Assembly (NCBI GenBank): GCA_042563375.1
Contig: JBHPMF010000002.1
Location: 75,842-139,841 of the forward strand
Direction: 5' to 3'
Length of the DNA stretch: 64,000 nt
From: Elusimicrobiota bacterium
GTDB lineage: Bacteria > Elusimicrobiota > Elusimicrobia > JACQPE01
The notes below the pieces were generated by a model, which saw only the letters and a program-made list of their open reading frames with translations, did not search any database and was not told the origin of the DNA. This document shows, piece after piece, positions 31,951 to 41,947 of this stretch. The position numbers were made by a program, and so were the translations under genes. Numbering within the stretch: the first letter of the stretch is position 1; each line of letters opens with the position of its first letter.

Positions 31951-33036
31951 TTAGTTCTCTCTCGATGACAGCGAAGCAGTCCTCAGGACAAATTCATCTG
32001 ATAGTTCTTTTACGATCTTCTCTGCGGCTTCAATTTCTGTTCTTCTCTTATCCAAAGTATCCTGAATAACAAGCTCCAGACTGTCAATGTTGTAGAGATG
32101 TATGCCTTTGACGCTTTCAACTTTTGGATCTATATTCCTGGGAACCCCCAAGTCCACAAGAGCCAATGGCTTACCCTTCCTCATCTCCATGACCTTTTCA
32201 ACCAGGAACTTAGTGACAATATAATGAGGGCACGCTGTTGAAGCGATTATGACATCTGCTTCGTGCACCTTGCGCATGCCCTCTTCAAGTCCCATGGCAA
32301 TTCCATTGAATCGCCTGGCCAGATCTTGCGCTTTTTCCTTTTTCCTGTTCGACACGATGATCGATGTGGCGTTCTTGGAAAGGAGATGTTCAGCTGCTGA
32401 CTCAGCCATTTTACCGGCGCCGATCAGCATTATCTTAATCTGATCCACATTGCCGAACACCTTCTCTGTAAGGGCCACGGCTGCTCCTCCGCAGCTTGTG
32501 ATGCCCTGCGCGATCCCTGTCTGTGTTCTCGCTGATTTGCCGGCATTAAGAGCCTTCTGGAAAAGTTTGTTTAAAACCTTGTCAGCATGCCCGGATTCCT
32601 GTGATTTCAGATATGAAGATTTAACCTGGCCAAGCACCTGATGCTCGCCTACGACCATCGAATCAAGCCCTGCTGCTACGCGGAACAGATGATTGACCGC
32701 CTGTTCATCCCGCAAAACATAAACATATTTCTCGATACCCGGACATCTTTCAACGAAGAAATCCTTGAAATACTGCTCCGCGGCGACGTCATCCACAGCG
32801 CTTCCATAACACTCGATCCTGTTGCAGGTCGAAAGCACGGTGAGCCCATGGAACAGGTCTTTTTTATGGAATTCATCCAAAAAAGCCTTGAGCTTGCTGT
32901 CTTCAATGACGAGCTTTTCTCTGTCCGCTATGTTGGCGCGTTTATGATTAACGCCCACAATAATAAGCCTGCCAAGACTTGCGCTTACATTCATAGACGG
33001 GTCTTTTCTTTGTGTTTGTTCGACAACTAATGACAT
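31951..33036 (-). CDS. hemA: Glutamyl-tRNA reductase (short C-terminal domain)
   Basis: 361 aa. VGVNHKRANIADREK, LSTCNRIE, NADPH-binding IGAGKMAE. Alternative start ATG 32994. Confidence 0.85.
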   Translation of the reverse strand: MSLVVEQTQRKDPSMNVSASLGRLIIVGVNHKRANIADREKLVIEDSKLKAFLDEFHKKDLFHGLTVLSTCNRIECYGSAVDDVAAEQYFKDFFVERCPGIEKYVYVLRDEQAVNHLFRVAAGLDSMVVGEHQVLGQVKSSYLKSQESGHADKVLNKLFQKALNAGKSARTQTGIAQGITSCGGAAVALTEKVFGNVDQIKIMLIGAGKMAESAAEHLLSKNATSIIVSNRKKEKAQDLARRFNGIAMGLEEGMRKVHEADVIIASTACPHYIVTKFLVEKVMEMRKGKPLALVDLGVPRNIDPKVESVKGIHLYNIDSLELVIQDTLDKRRTEIEAAEKIVKELSDEFVLRTASLSSREN

Positions 33037-33243
33037 TGCTTTTGGTTTTCTTTCTATTCCCCTGGAAAGGTTCCGCGAGGATAAGGTGGTTTACTCACCG
33101 AGTATATATGATTTTACCAGATTGCCTAATTATAAAGAAGGGCTGAGGGCTGAGGGCTGAATGCTAAAAAGCAGAAAAAAAACAGCTCTTTCCCTTCTGT
33201 CTTCATTTAGCCCTTAGCCCTTATAATTTAGCCCTATATTCTC

Positions 33244-33690
33244 CTAGGCTTTGACATCCAGCGTTTCTATTACGTCGCCCGGTTTAACTGATCCGCCCTT
33301 AATAACTCTGGCAAACACCCCTTCTCTCGGCATCACACAATCACCCACTGCCTTGAATATCTCGCATCTATCATGGCATTCTTTGCCTATTTGAGCGACC
33401 TCCAATACGATCTCATTCCCGATGCGCAAGCCTTGGCCTATCTTAAGAGAAACCAGATCAATACCCTGGGTGGCTATATTCTCGGCAAAACTCCCGAAGC
33501 CCACTTCCAGACCCTTGGCCCTGATCTTATCAATGCTCTCAACCGCTAAAAGGCTCACCTGGCGATGCCAATCTCCCGCATGAGCATCTCCCTCGATTCC
33601 ATGATTCTCAACAAGCCGCGCCTGCTTAACGCTTTGTTTTTTCACGCCTTTTTTAGAGCTAGTACAGATCGCGAGTATTTTTCCGGTCAT
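33244..33690 (-). CDS. MOSC-domain protein
   Basis: 148 aa. Compare GIEGDAHAG and VSLLAVES with small MOSC proteins. Lies next to moaA/moeA. Confidence 0.7.
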   Translation of the reverse strand: MTGKILAICTSSKKGVKKQSVKQARLVENHGIEGDAHAGDWHRQVSLLAVESIDKIRAKGLEVGFGSFAENIATQGIDLVSLKIGQGLRIGNEIVLEVAQIGKECHDRCEIFKAVGDCVMPREGVFARVIKGGSVKPGDVIETLDVKA

Positions 33691-33740
33691 AAGAAACCTT
33701 TATGGCTCCCGTAAGAACCTCTATTTTCCGTCTATTCTGC

Positions 33741-33846
33741 TGTAGCGCGGCAGCTTGTATGCCGCTCTTCATTCCCCCACTCTAACCCCCCCCTCAAGCG
33801 GGCAGGGAAACAAATGGAAAGCGGGATACAAGCTCCCGCGCTACGA
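33741..33846. repeat. Family E palindromic element between moaA and the MOSC gene
   Basis: tgtagcgcggcagcttgtatgccgctcttcattcccccactcta...gcgggatacaagctcccgcgctacga. The first ~50 bp are nearly identical to 30852-30948. Confidence 0.8.
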
Positions 33847-33853
33847 AAAATGG

Positions 33854-34882
33854 TCAGCCGCCGAGCATGCACATATACGGATAAGCTGTTTTATTGCATG
33901 TGGTTTTCATGTCATGCCTGCCCGGCTTTAAAGAAACTGCCTCTACTATCAAGTTGGCAAGATCCTGATCAGCCGCCCTGCTGCGCAGTAAAGTTTTTAA
34001 GTCAATGCCTATATCCGAAGCAAGGCATGGCAAAAGCTTTCCCTTTGATGTAAGTCTGAGCCTGTTGCAATTCTGGCAAAAAGCCGCGCTTAAAGCCCCG
34101 ATGAATCCAATAGTGCCTTTAGAACCCGGGGCTTTAAAATATATAGCCGGACCAAACCCTTTTGGATATTGGCTCTCCTCCAAAGGTTCAAGCGGGCCGC
34201 AACGCTTCATGATCTCAGGCAGGGACAGCCATCTGTCAGTGCTTAAAAAACCGGCTTCTCCTATCGGCATCAACTCAATAAAGCGCACATGCACTCTGTA
34301 TTGCTTGGCAAAATTGACAAAATCATGTATCTCCGCGGAATTTATGCCTTTCATGACAACCACGTTTATCTTTATCGGATCGAATCCGACTTTTATGGCA
34401 GATTCGATCCCCGCGATCACGTTTTCCAAGTCTCCGAATCTTGTGATTTCCTTAAAACGATTGTTGTTAAGAGTATCCAGGCTTATGTTGATCCGTTTAA
34501 GACCAACAGCTCGAAGGTCCCTGGTGAAATCATTAAGTAGAACGCCATTCGTGGTCAGTGACACATCATTAACACCTTTTAGCGAAATAAGATCAGATGT
34601 TAAATCGCAGATTCCGGGTCTGACCAATGGCTCGCCTCCGGTAATGCGAAACTTGTTGATACCGAGCTTTATGGCGATGGAGGCGATATGCACTATTTCC
34701 TTGTTAGTCAGATAATCATGGACAAATGAATCCGCTGATGACTTGTCCGCACATTCTTCCCTGAAATGCCTTGTGGCTGCTGACCGCTTACCTGCGGGAA
34801 GACAATAGATGCATCTTAAATTGCACTTGTCAGTTACTGATAAACGAAGGTAATCTATTTTTCGCTCAAGAGAATCGATCAT
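33854..34882 (-). CDS. moaA: GTP 3',8-cyclase MoaA (radical SAM)
   Basis: ORF track runs to 34975. I prefer ATG 34882 (MIDSLERKIDYLRLSVTDKCNLRCIYC), which removes the overlap with moeA. C-terminal CxxC..C cluster (CQNCNRLRLTSKGKLLPC). Confidence 0.85.
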   Translation of the reverse strand: MIDSLERKIDYLRLSVTDKCNLRCIYCLPAGKRSAATRHFREECADKSSADSFVHDYLTNKEIVHIASIAIKLGINKFRITGGEPLVRPGICDLTSDLISLKGVNDVSLTTNGVLLNDFTRDLRAVGLKRINISLDTLNNNRFKEITRFGDLENVIAGIESAIKVGFDPIKINVVVMKGINSAEIHDFVNFAKQYRVHVRFIELMPIGEAGFLSTDRWLSLPEIMKRCGPLEPLEESQYPKGFGPAIYFKAPGSKGTIGFIGALSAAFCQNCNRLRLTSKGKLLPCLASDIGIDLKTLLRSRAADQDLANLIVEAVSLKPGRHDMKTTCNKTAYPYMCMLGG

Positions 34883-34898
34883 AAATTGGTATGAATGC

Positions 34899-36149
34899 TT
34901 ACTTAAGCCATCTAAAAGGAAGGGATTCCCCGCTTTTAACGATTCCCGGACCAATGGGCGCCTTTGCCAGGGCATTAGCCCTGCACACCCTGCCTGACAT
35001 TGCTGATCCCTGCGGATCGATTATTTTCAGGATGAATTTCCCGTTATCTTTTCTGGCTTCGCAGAATAAAAACTGCTGCCTGTCCTTCGGTGTTTTAAAA
35101 TTGTTTTCCGCCTCTCCGGCTAGGCTATAAGCCGGAACCCCCAATACATAACCCTGCATTTTTTCCAAAGCAGGAAGAACAAACTCCTCGAAACTCACCA
35201 GCACTGAAACAGGATTACCGGGAAGCCCGAACACAGGCTTGTTAGTCCGAACGCTTCCCAAATGTTGATGGGCTTTTGGTTCATATATTCCGAAAAGAAG
35301 CGGCTTTCCGGGCTTGGCAGCCACTTTCCATAAAATCACTTTTACCCCGATCTTCTCAAGCAGGGATTTCGTGTAATCATAATCTCCCACGGAAACCCCG
35401 CCGGATACGAGCACTGCGTCCGATGATCTAAGGGATTTCTTGATCTCTGATTCAAGCAAGCGCACATCATCCCTGACAAAACCTCTGTTTAACGGGATAG
35501 CGCCCCATCTCTCGAGTATTGACACCAGAGACGGACCGTTTGAATTTCTGATTTTTCCGGGTTTCAGAGACTCAGACTCCTCAAGCAGTTCATCTCCCGT
35601 CACTATCAATGCCACTTTCGGCTTCCTGTATACAGACACCTTATGTATGCCCTGAGAAGCTAAAAACGCGATCTCATAAGATCGGATACGCGTATTCGCC
35701 CTGATGATCACTTCCCCATGACGCACATCGCTGCCGCGCTTCCTGATGAACTCTCCCCTTTTGGGCTCCTGGAAGATCCTGACAACCCCTCCGCCTATCT
35801 CGTCTGACATCTCCTTCATCACAACAGCATTGGCGCCTTTGGGCAATTGAGCGCCTGTCATGATCTTTAATGTTTCATGATCATTGACCTCAAGGCCGGG
35901 AGCGTCGCCCGCTTTAACAATGCCCTGGATCTTTAATACACGCGGAGAACTCTTTGAAGCGCCCGCAAGGTCCTGGGCTTTAACAGCGAATCCGTCCATC
36001 TCGGAATTATCAAAACACGGCGCATCATTCCTTGCTTTTATATCTTCAGCCAGGATCCTGCCGAGTGATCTCCTGTAAGAGATTACTTCATGATCCAGAA
36101 TCGGGATATTATCAAGTATGGTTTTCAGTGCTTTATCAGGCGTGATCAT
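34899..36149 (-). CDS. moeA: Molybdopterin molybdenumtransferase MoeA
   Basis: 416 aa. FDNSEMDGFAV, VSGGVSVGDYD, GLPGNPVS. Confidence 0.9.
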   Translation of the reverse strand: MITPDKALKTILDNIPILDHEVISYRRSLGRILAEDIKARNDAPCFDNSEMDGFAVKAQDLAGASKSSPRVLKIQGIVKAGDAPGLEVNDHETLKIMTGAQLPKGANAVVMKEMSDEIGGGVVRIFQEPKRGEFIRKRGSDVRHGEVIIRANTRIRSYEIAFLASQGIHKVSVYRKPKVALIVTGDELLEESESLKPGKIRNSNGPSLVSILERWGAIPLNRGFVRDDVRLLESEIKKSLRSSDAVLVSGGVSVGDYDYTKSLLEKIGVKVILWKVAAKPGKPLLFGIYEPKAHQHLGSVRTNKPVFGLPGNPVSVLVSFEEFVLPALEKMQGYVLGVPAYSLAGEAENNFKTPKDRQQFLFCEARKDNGKFILKIIDPQGSAMSGRVCRANALAKAPIGPGIVKSGESLPFRWLK

Positions 36150-37609
36150 TTTTGAAGCTTCACGAATTCTCTTTCCACATCCTGCTTCATTTCCGCTGGA
36201 AAATAAGGAGTCAAAGAAGATGGGTTGGTTTCATCGATCGTTTTAAGAGAGATCTTTGGGAATGACTCTTTGATGAGATTCCTTATGTCGAGTCCCAGTA
36301 AGGCCATCTGCGCGAAATAATAAGGAAGATTGTTCTTAATAACCCCGCTTACCCGCGCATACTCCGCCTTATCTTCGAGCAATCTGCTTGTGCGGCTGCG
36401 CAGGGCCTCAGCGAGATCAGGCCTGGAATAATCCACATAATAGTCATCATAAAGCCCTGTTTCCCTCATCACGCCCCTGATTCGCTCATCTCTTGAAAGA
36501 CCCACAAAAGGAACAGCCGCAGGCATGCTCAGCACCATTGCATGATACCTGGTTGTGGTAAGGATGTTTAAGTTGCGCAAAATAGCCGCCATCTGCACGC
36601 CCACGAATTCCTTGCATGATATCAGTATGGCCTTGTTCTTCATAACGCTCATAAGCTCCCTGCATGCGCCATCATCAAGCGCTTCCATGGCAACCACAAC
36701 GAGCTGAGCATTGTATTTTTCTTTAAGCCAATCCATGTACTCGGCTAAAGTATCCTTCCATTTATTATAAGCCTGCTTGTCTTTTTCGCTGTAGTCGTAG
36801 TAATAAAGGAGTTTGTAGTTATACTCCTTGTCGCGTTTGAGCCACCGCACAAAATCAGGAATGATGGGCCACCAGAAAAAATTCTGCATGGCAAGCCCTA
36901 CCAGCGGACTCTTGCCGTCCCATCCCCTCTCTTTCAAGATATCAGCTCCCCGCTCAAGAGAATCCGCCCGCAAACTCCACGCGGTATCCACCCTGACGAC
37001 CGAACCTTTAAGCCCTATCGAATCCAGGACCTTTTTCGAGTCCCCGCTTCTGACTATCAGGCGCGTCATATTCTTTGAAAGGCTCCTTGAAAGCAGATTG
37101 TTGAATCCATTCATGGTGCCTGCGTCAACGCCGTATGAAAAACATGGCTTTTTGAATTTTGCGGCAAGACCTGCGCCATAGAGAAAATAAAGCAAAAGCG
37201 CTGTGGCGAAATTCTCCTTCCAGCACGATCCCTCGACCAGAACAATAACATGATTCTTAAGGCAAAGCTTGAACACGTCCCCAAAAAACACGGTACTCAT
37301 GATATGAAGATTGACCTTATTAGCCTTAAAGTATTCCTTAGCCTCAGCGATATCAAGAGTGGTCATATTAACGTCAACATTATCCTCACCCAAAACCTGA
37401 TTGACCTGATCTATGCACTCGGCAACGCGCACCTCAGCGCCTGTGTTCCTGGCCCCTGAATAAGCGAGGAACAGGATCTGGAGCTTTTTACCCGGTTCCC
37501 ACCTGTCATTTATCTTAAAACCGCAAAACTCAAGCGCCTCGACAACAATACCCAACACCTGTACAAGCGTCCAGGTGATCACTCCGTATATAACGTCGAA
37601 TATGTTCAT
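36146..37609 (-). CDS. Polysaccharide pyruvyl-transferase-like protein (tentative)
   Basis: 487 aa. N-terminal TM helix. LAYSGARNTGAEVRV and TTRYHAMVLSMPAAVPFVGLSRDERI resemble the CsaB/pyruvyl-transferase motifs (RxHA...G[VI]P). 4-nt overlap with the moeA start. Confidence 0.5.
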   Translation of the reverse strand: MNIFDVIYGVITWTLVQVLGIVVEALEFCGFKINDRWEPGKKLQILFLAYSGARNTGAEVRVAECIDQVNQVLGEDNVDVNMTTLDIAEAKEYFKANKVNLHIMSTVFFGDVFKLCLKNHVIVLVEGSCWKENFATALLLYFLYGAGLAAKFKKPCFSYGVDAGTMNGFNNLLSRSLSKNMTRLIVRSGDSKKVLDSIGLKGSVVRVDTAWSLRADSLERGADILKERGWDGKSPLVGLAMQNFFWWPIIPDFVRWLKRDKEYNYKLLYYYDYSEKDKQAYNKWKDTLAEYMDWLKEKYNAQLVVVAMEALDDGACRELMSVMKNKAILISCKEFVGVQMAAILRNLNILTTTRYHAMVLSMPAAVPFVGLSRDERIRGVMRETGLYDDYYVDYSRPDLAEALRSRTSRLLEDKAEYARVSGVIKNNLPYYFAQMALLGLDIRNLIKESFPKISLKTIDETNPSSLTPYFPAEMKQDVEREFVKLQK

Positions 37610-37673
37610 TGGTAATTTCTCGCTTTTTTCTTATTATTTCTTACTATTTGCTACCTGCTAGTTACTAATTACT

Positions 37674-38081
37674 CTATCTACGATGCGGCGGAGCGAACTT
37701 TCTGCGTCCGTATTGATAACCCAGGATAAGCACAGCGGGATACACAACAGCAAACATGAGAATCGCCAGCATATTGGGCAGCGACCAGAAATCAATGTAT
37801 GTGGGAGCGGAAAAATTAAAAATGCTCGGCAAGCCTGTTATCTCAATGCCTGAATTCCACATAAAATGATTTCCATATCCTGCTTCTCCCAGAAAAGGAA
37901 AATCAATGGCATCAATATATAATCCTCCTGCTATGAGATAGGTCACGCCAAAAATAGCGCTTAAGATCAGCTCCCCGTATTTCCCATTAAGCACTTTCCA
38001 TGCAAACCAAGCTGTCAGATATCCTGCCAGCGGCAGCAAAATCGGAATATCGATCGCAAAACTCGCCTCTTTTATTTCCAT
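37674..38081 (-). CDS. Small integral membrane protein (4 predicted TM helices), unknown function
   Basis: 135 aa, hydrophobic throughout. No recognisable motif. Confidence 0.5.
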   Translation of the reverse strand: MEIKEASFAIDIPILLPLAGYLTAWFAWKVLNGKYGELILSAIFGVTYLIAGGLYIDAIDFPFLGEAGYGNHFMWNSGIEITGLPSIFNFSAPTYIDFWSLPNMLAILMFAVVYPAVLILGYQYGRRKFAPPHRR

Positions 38082-38191
38082 TTTGTTTTACGCTCCTCTT
38101 TGCAATTAAAAATTATCTTCCTTTCTCTTCTGCATGCTTTCTCTTCTTACCTTTTTCACCTTTATCACGTTTTTCACTTTTATCACTTTCT

Positions 38192-39196
38192 TTATATTAT
38201 TCCCTCTTTCCTATACCACGCGATCGCGCCCGCAAGCCCTTTCTTGATATCCGGCTGTCGAAGCTTATAACCAAAAGACTTGAGCTTATTATTATCCATC
38301 CAGAAATCCTCTGCCATATATTGATTCAGATCAGGCTCAAGAAAGGGCCGGATCCCCAAAACTCTGGCTATCGCCACATTTATATGGGACAAGAGCATGA
38401 CAGGCCAAAGCGGAAAACACACATCCAGGAACATGACATCAAGAGCAGCCGCAACAGTCAGCAATGCTTCCCTCATGGTTACGGGCGAGTCATCGCACAC
38501 ATTGAATATTTCTCCGGAAGCTTCGGGTTTTTTGCTCAAAAACAGGGCAGAGCCCACTACGTCTTCCACGTGCGCGAACGCTCCTCTGGCTGTTCCCGGG
38601 CCCGGAATGAACCGCAGTATCCCCTTTTTCATTAAAAACACGGGCACAGAGATCCCGTACATGCTTCTCGGCCCGTATATCGCAGAAGGCCGGATCACTG
38701 TAACAGGTATATTGTGGGATTTCACATATTCAAGAGCGATAGTCTCCTGGATATACTTGGATTTCTCATATTCATTCGAAGGCCATGGAAAATCCGTTTC
38801 CTTGAGGGGCTCCTTCTTGAAACTGTCCCCGAAAACAGCTCCTGAGCTCCAGATGATCACGCTCGATGCCTTTGGATTTTTCTTCGCTATCACATCCATG
38901 AGGTTCTTCGTGCCAAGACAATTTATCCTGTAGAGCCTCTCCCATGGAGCGATGTAATCATAGAGCGCTGCTATATGATAGATCTTGTCGAATTGATTGC
39001 CGTCAAAGAGATCCTCCAGGCTGTTTACATCCGTGATATCAGCAGCTATGAATTTTGCTTCTTTGGATAAATATTTTTTTGGAGCATTCTTCCTGTCTGT
39101 GGCGCACACTTCAAAACCATCAGAAAGGAGCAGGTCGACCATATGGGAACCCACAAAACCACAAGCACCTGTTACTAAAGCGGTTGGCTTACTCAT
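38192..39196 (-). CDS. NAD-dependent epimerase/dehydratase (extended SDR) family protein
   Basis: ORF track starts at a TTG at 39217. ATG 39196 has AGGAGG 6 nt upstream. Rossmann motif LVTGACGFVGSH; YxxxK (YEKSK). Confidence 0.8.
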   Translation of the reverse strand: MSKPTALVTGACGFVGSHMVDLLLSDGFEVCATDRKNAPKKYLSKEAKFIAADITDVNSLEDLFDGNQFDKIYHIAALYDYIAPWERLYRINCLGTKNLMDVIAKKNPKASSVIIWSSGAVFGDSFKKEPLKETDFPWPSNEYEKSKYIQETIALEYVKSHNIPVTVIRPSAIYGPRSMYGISVPVFLMKKGILRFIPGPGTARGAFAHVEDVVGSALFLSKKPEASGEIFNVCDDSPVTMREALLTVAAALDVMFLDVCFPLWPVMLLSHINVAIARVLGIRPFLEPDLNQYMAEDFWMDNNKLKSFGYKLRQPDIKKGLAGAIAWYRKEGII

Positions 39197-39267
39197 AAAG
39201 ACCTCCTGTCTGTCCAATTAACGATTCTATGATTTGAGAAGTCAAATGTTAATACCCGCACTGATAT

Positions 39268-40116
39268 CTAGCCCTTTGTTTTGCCCTTTCCTAACTCCGC
39301 CTCGACCAAAACACCCAAATGATCGCTTATCATGGTTGTAACACCGGAACTTGTCTTAAATGATTCCTTAAACACAAATTGCGATGAAACGACCTTCCAT
39401 GCGGACGGTGGATTTAAAAGCACATAATCAAGCCTGCCCTTGCAAAGCGGAACGCCCGGAGCGGACCAGAACTGATCATTCGAGAAATGCGGCGGAGGCT
39501 CGGCTTTTTCCATGCAATCCACTGAATCGAATCTTGATTTCAAGCGCTTATACAAATACGTTTCCGGAGGAAAATTTAAATCCCCCAATAAAACAACAGG
39601 AACATTTGGCTCATGCTGATTCTTATCCTCAATGAAAGACAGCATTTCTTCCATCTGGTCCTCAAGAATACCTGAGAAATACTTTCCCGGAGAATATTCC
39701 TCGCGGTAATCAGGTATCAGATGAGTATGGATAAGCCTCATTTTTGGATTATCAAATTCAACACAGATCAAACCCTTCTTGCTTAGCTTGGCCACAATGG
39801 AATGGCCGAAATAAGTGCCCTGATGTTCATATGCCTGAAAAGCTGTTTTGGAAAAAGGTACTTTTGAGAATACGGCTATTGCCCCGCTGATCGCGCCCAA
39901 GATCCTTGGCTCGCAAAACACATAGGGCCAGTCTTTGAGCCCCTTTTTAAGCATCTCAAGATAGCAGGTGAATGAAAGCTCCTGAAGAACAATGATGTCA
40001 GGGTTATATTTGGCGACCTCAACAGTGAATTTCTCCAACCGCTCGCTCACATTATGCGTAAGCAATGGCAAAGCTGAGCAGTTGTAGGAAAGAAATTTTA
40101 ATACCATAATGAACAC
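39268..40116 (-). CDS. Endonuclease/exonuclease/phosphatase (EEP) family protein
   Basis: 282 aa. LSYNC, DIIVLQEL, LLGDLN, SDHLGV. Confidence 0.75.
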   Translation of the reverse strand: MFIMVLKFLSYNCSALPLLTHNVSERLEKFTVEVAKYNPDIIVLQELSFTCYLEMLKKGLKDWPYVFCEPRILGAISGAIAVFSKVPFSKTAFQAYEHQGTYFGHSIVAKLSKKGLICVEFDNPKMRLIHTHLIPDYREEYSPGKYFSGILEDQMEEMLSFIEDKNQHEPNVPVVLLGDLNFPPETYLYKRLKSRFDSVDCMEKAEPPPHFSNDQFWSAPGVPLCKGRLDYVLLNPPSAWKVVSSQFVFKESFKTSSGVTTMISDHLGVLVEAELGKGKTKG

Positions 40117-40238
40117 GCGAATTAACGCGAATACGAATACGCGAATTAACGCGAATTCTTTTTATAAAAATTTGCGGTTTTCAACTCCCTCGCCCCTTGG
40201 GACCCGCCTTTCCCTCCTCTCCCTTGAGGGGAATCCTG

Positions 40239-40307
40239 TCGTAGCGCGGGGGCTTGTACCCCGCTTCTGTAAAAAGCAGAAGCGGGGTACAAGCCCCCGC
40301 GCTACGA
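40239..40307. repeat. Family E perfect palindrome (31-bp arms, 7-nt loop)
   Basis: TCGTAGCGCGGGGGCTTGTACCCCGCTTCTG taaaaag CAGAAGCGGGGTACAAGCCCCCGCGCTACGA. I checked every base pair. Lies between the ALDH and EEP genes, directly after a Family A copy (40185-40231). Confidence 0.9.
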
Positions 40308-40354
40308 AAAAACAACAGAAACGCGGTCTTTCTACAAGATCGCTTTTTAAGTAA

Positions 40355-41947
40355 TCAATATTTCGGCAGCAAAAGTCCTCTGATGAGCGACGGCAAGGCT
40401 TTTACCAGACCCCAAAGAGAACCTTCTGTTAATGTGCAGGAAAGCTTCTTTAACACTGCATAGAGGCCTTTGCCGTATCCGAACCACCAGAACTCCTTCA
40501 TGAAATAAGTGCCGTTAACATGCACGTGATGCGGCTCAACAAGCTCGAAGAGTCCCATATTGGAATGTGACCTGCCGAATCCGCTCTCTTTACTGCCACC
40601 CCAAGGCGTCTGGCATATGGCATGGGTATACGAGCAATTATTCACCATAACTGTTCCGGCGCGCACTCTTCTTGCTATTGATTTTCCGCGCGCGCTGCTT
40701 TTGGTCCAGACCGATGCTGTCAGCCCGAATGTCGTATCATTAGCAAGCCTTATGGCCTCCTCTTCAGTCCTGAATGTCATGATGGGCATGGTAGGCCCGA
40801 AAGTCTCTTCTTTCACGCAGGCAAAACTATGATCGATTCCCGTGATGACCGTGGGCTTGTAAAAATATCCTTTCAAGCTCGGTTCTTTCTCGCCGCCTGT
40901 TAATATCTTGGCGCCGCGCTTTTTCGCGTCTTCTACATGGGCTACGACGCATTCAAGCTGCCCCTCGGTCGTCAATGGCCCCACATCAATATCAGGATTC
41001 GTGCCTTCTCCGAGCCTGAGCTTTTTTGTCTTCTTAACAACAAGACTGATGAATTTCTCAGCGATCGCATGATGCACATATACTCTCTCGACAGACGCGC
41101 ACACCTGCCCGCAATTAAAGAAAGCTCCCCAAACAGCTCCTGAAGACGCGATCTCAAGATCAGCGTCTTCGCACACGATCATGGGGCATTTGCCTCCCAG
41201 CTCAAGGTTCAGAGGAGTAAGGTTTTTACTTGCCATCTCCATGACCTTTTTACCGATCCCGACGCTTCCGGTGAAGAATATTTTATCCACTCCGGACTCT
41301 ACCAGGACGCTCCCTACATGGCTTTTCCCTGACAGATGCGTGAACACTCCGTCTGGAAGATTCGCAGCCTTGAATACCTCTTCGATCTTGGCTCCGACTA
41401 TAGGAGTCGATGACGAGGGCTTAAACAACACACAATTGCCTGCCATTAAGGCCATGACTATCTGGCCCATGGGTATTGAAAAAGGAAAATTCCACGGAGC
41501 AATGATGCCCACCACTCCCAATGGGTGATATTCCATATAAGAGGAACGAAGCAGATATTCCCATACGCCAATATTAAGCTTATGAGGCGCAAGCACCCTG
41601 CCTGTATTATGAGCGAAATATTGCATAAGATCGCAGATGGGAAGCACATCAGAAGCCAGAGCCTCCACCTTGGGCTTGCCATTATCCTTTGAGATCGCTT
41701 CAGCCAGCTCATCGAGATGCTCGAGGAGGTAAGCGCGCGCTCTGAGGATAAAGCTCCCCCTTTCCCGATATGAAAGAGCAGCCCATTCATCGTAGGCCTT
41801 CTTCGCGTTCTCCATTTCTTTTAAAACTTCCTCTCGCGACATGTTCTTTACCCTTCCGATCTCCTCCATGGTCGCGGGATTATAAGAAATCACTTCGTCT
41901 TTTGCTTTCGCCTGCCCCTGTGTATTGAGCGCTTCAGCTTGCGGCAT
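40355..41947 (-). CDS. Aldehyde dehydrogenase family protein
   Basis: 530 aa. ELGGKCP and FFNCGQVCASVERVYV (catalytic Cys). ~50-aa hydrophobic C-terminal extension. 14-nt overlap with the upstream gene. Confidence 0.85.
   Translation of the reverse strand: MPQAEALNTQGQAKAKDEVISYNPATMEEIGRVKNMSREEVLKEMENAKKAYDEWAALSYRERGSFILRARAYLLEHLDELAEAISKDNGKPKVEALASDVLPICDLMQYFAHNTGRVLAPHKLNIGVWEYLLRSSYMEYHPLGVVGIIAPWNFPFSIPMGQIVMALMAGNCVLFKPSSSTPIVGAKIEEVFKAANLPDGVFTHLSGKSHVGSVLVESGVDKIFFTGSVGIGKKVMEMASKNLTPLNLELGGKCPMIVCEDADLEIASSGAVWGAFFNCGQVCASVERVYVHHAIAEKFISLVVKKTKKLRLGEGTNPDIDVGPLTTEGQLECVVAHVEDAKKRGAKILTGGEKEPSLKGYFYKPTVITGIDHSFACVKEETFGPTMPIMTFRTEEEAIRLANDTTFGLTASVWTKSSARGKSIARRVRAGTVMVNNCSYTHAICQTPWGGSKESGFGRSHSNMGLFELVEPHHVHVNGTYFMKEFWWFGYGKGLYAVLKKLSCTLTEGSLWGLVKALPSLIRGLLLPKY

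Noticed and set aside
31951-33036. hemA as a truncated or pseudogene (361 aa, short dimerisation domain)
   Set aside because: The catalytic and NADPH-binding motifs are intact and the ORF ends cleanly. Short HemA variants may exist, and I cannot judge this without an alignment.
34005-34715. 236-aa plus-strand ORF
   Set aside because: It is antisense to moaA, which has a clear radical SAM CNLRCIYC motif.
38000-38933. Plus-strand ORFs of 211 aa and 178 aa
   Set aside because: They are antisense to the SDR epimerase and the small membrane protein gene. One spans an intergenic low-complexity region. No motifs.
40109-40354. 81-aa ORF MNTRINANTNTRINAN...
   Set aside because: It is a translation of tandem AT-rich words plus Family A and Family E repeats. 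The same applies to ORFs 15851-16045, 18857-19132, 57276-57476, 62971-63222 and 63239-63427.
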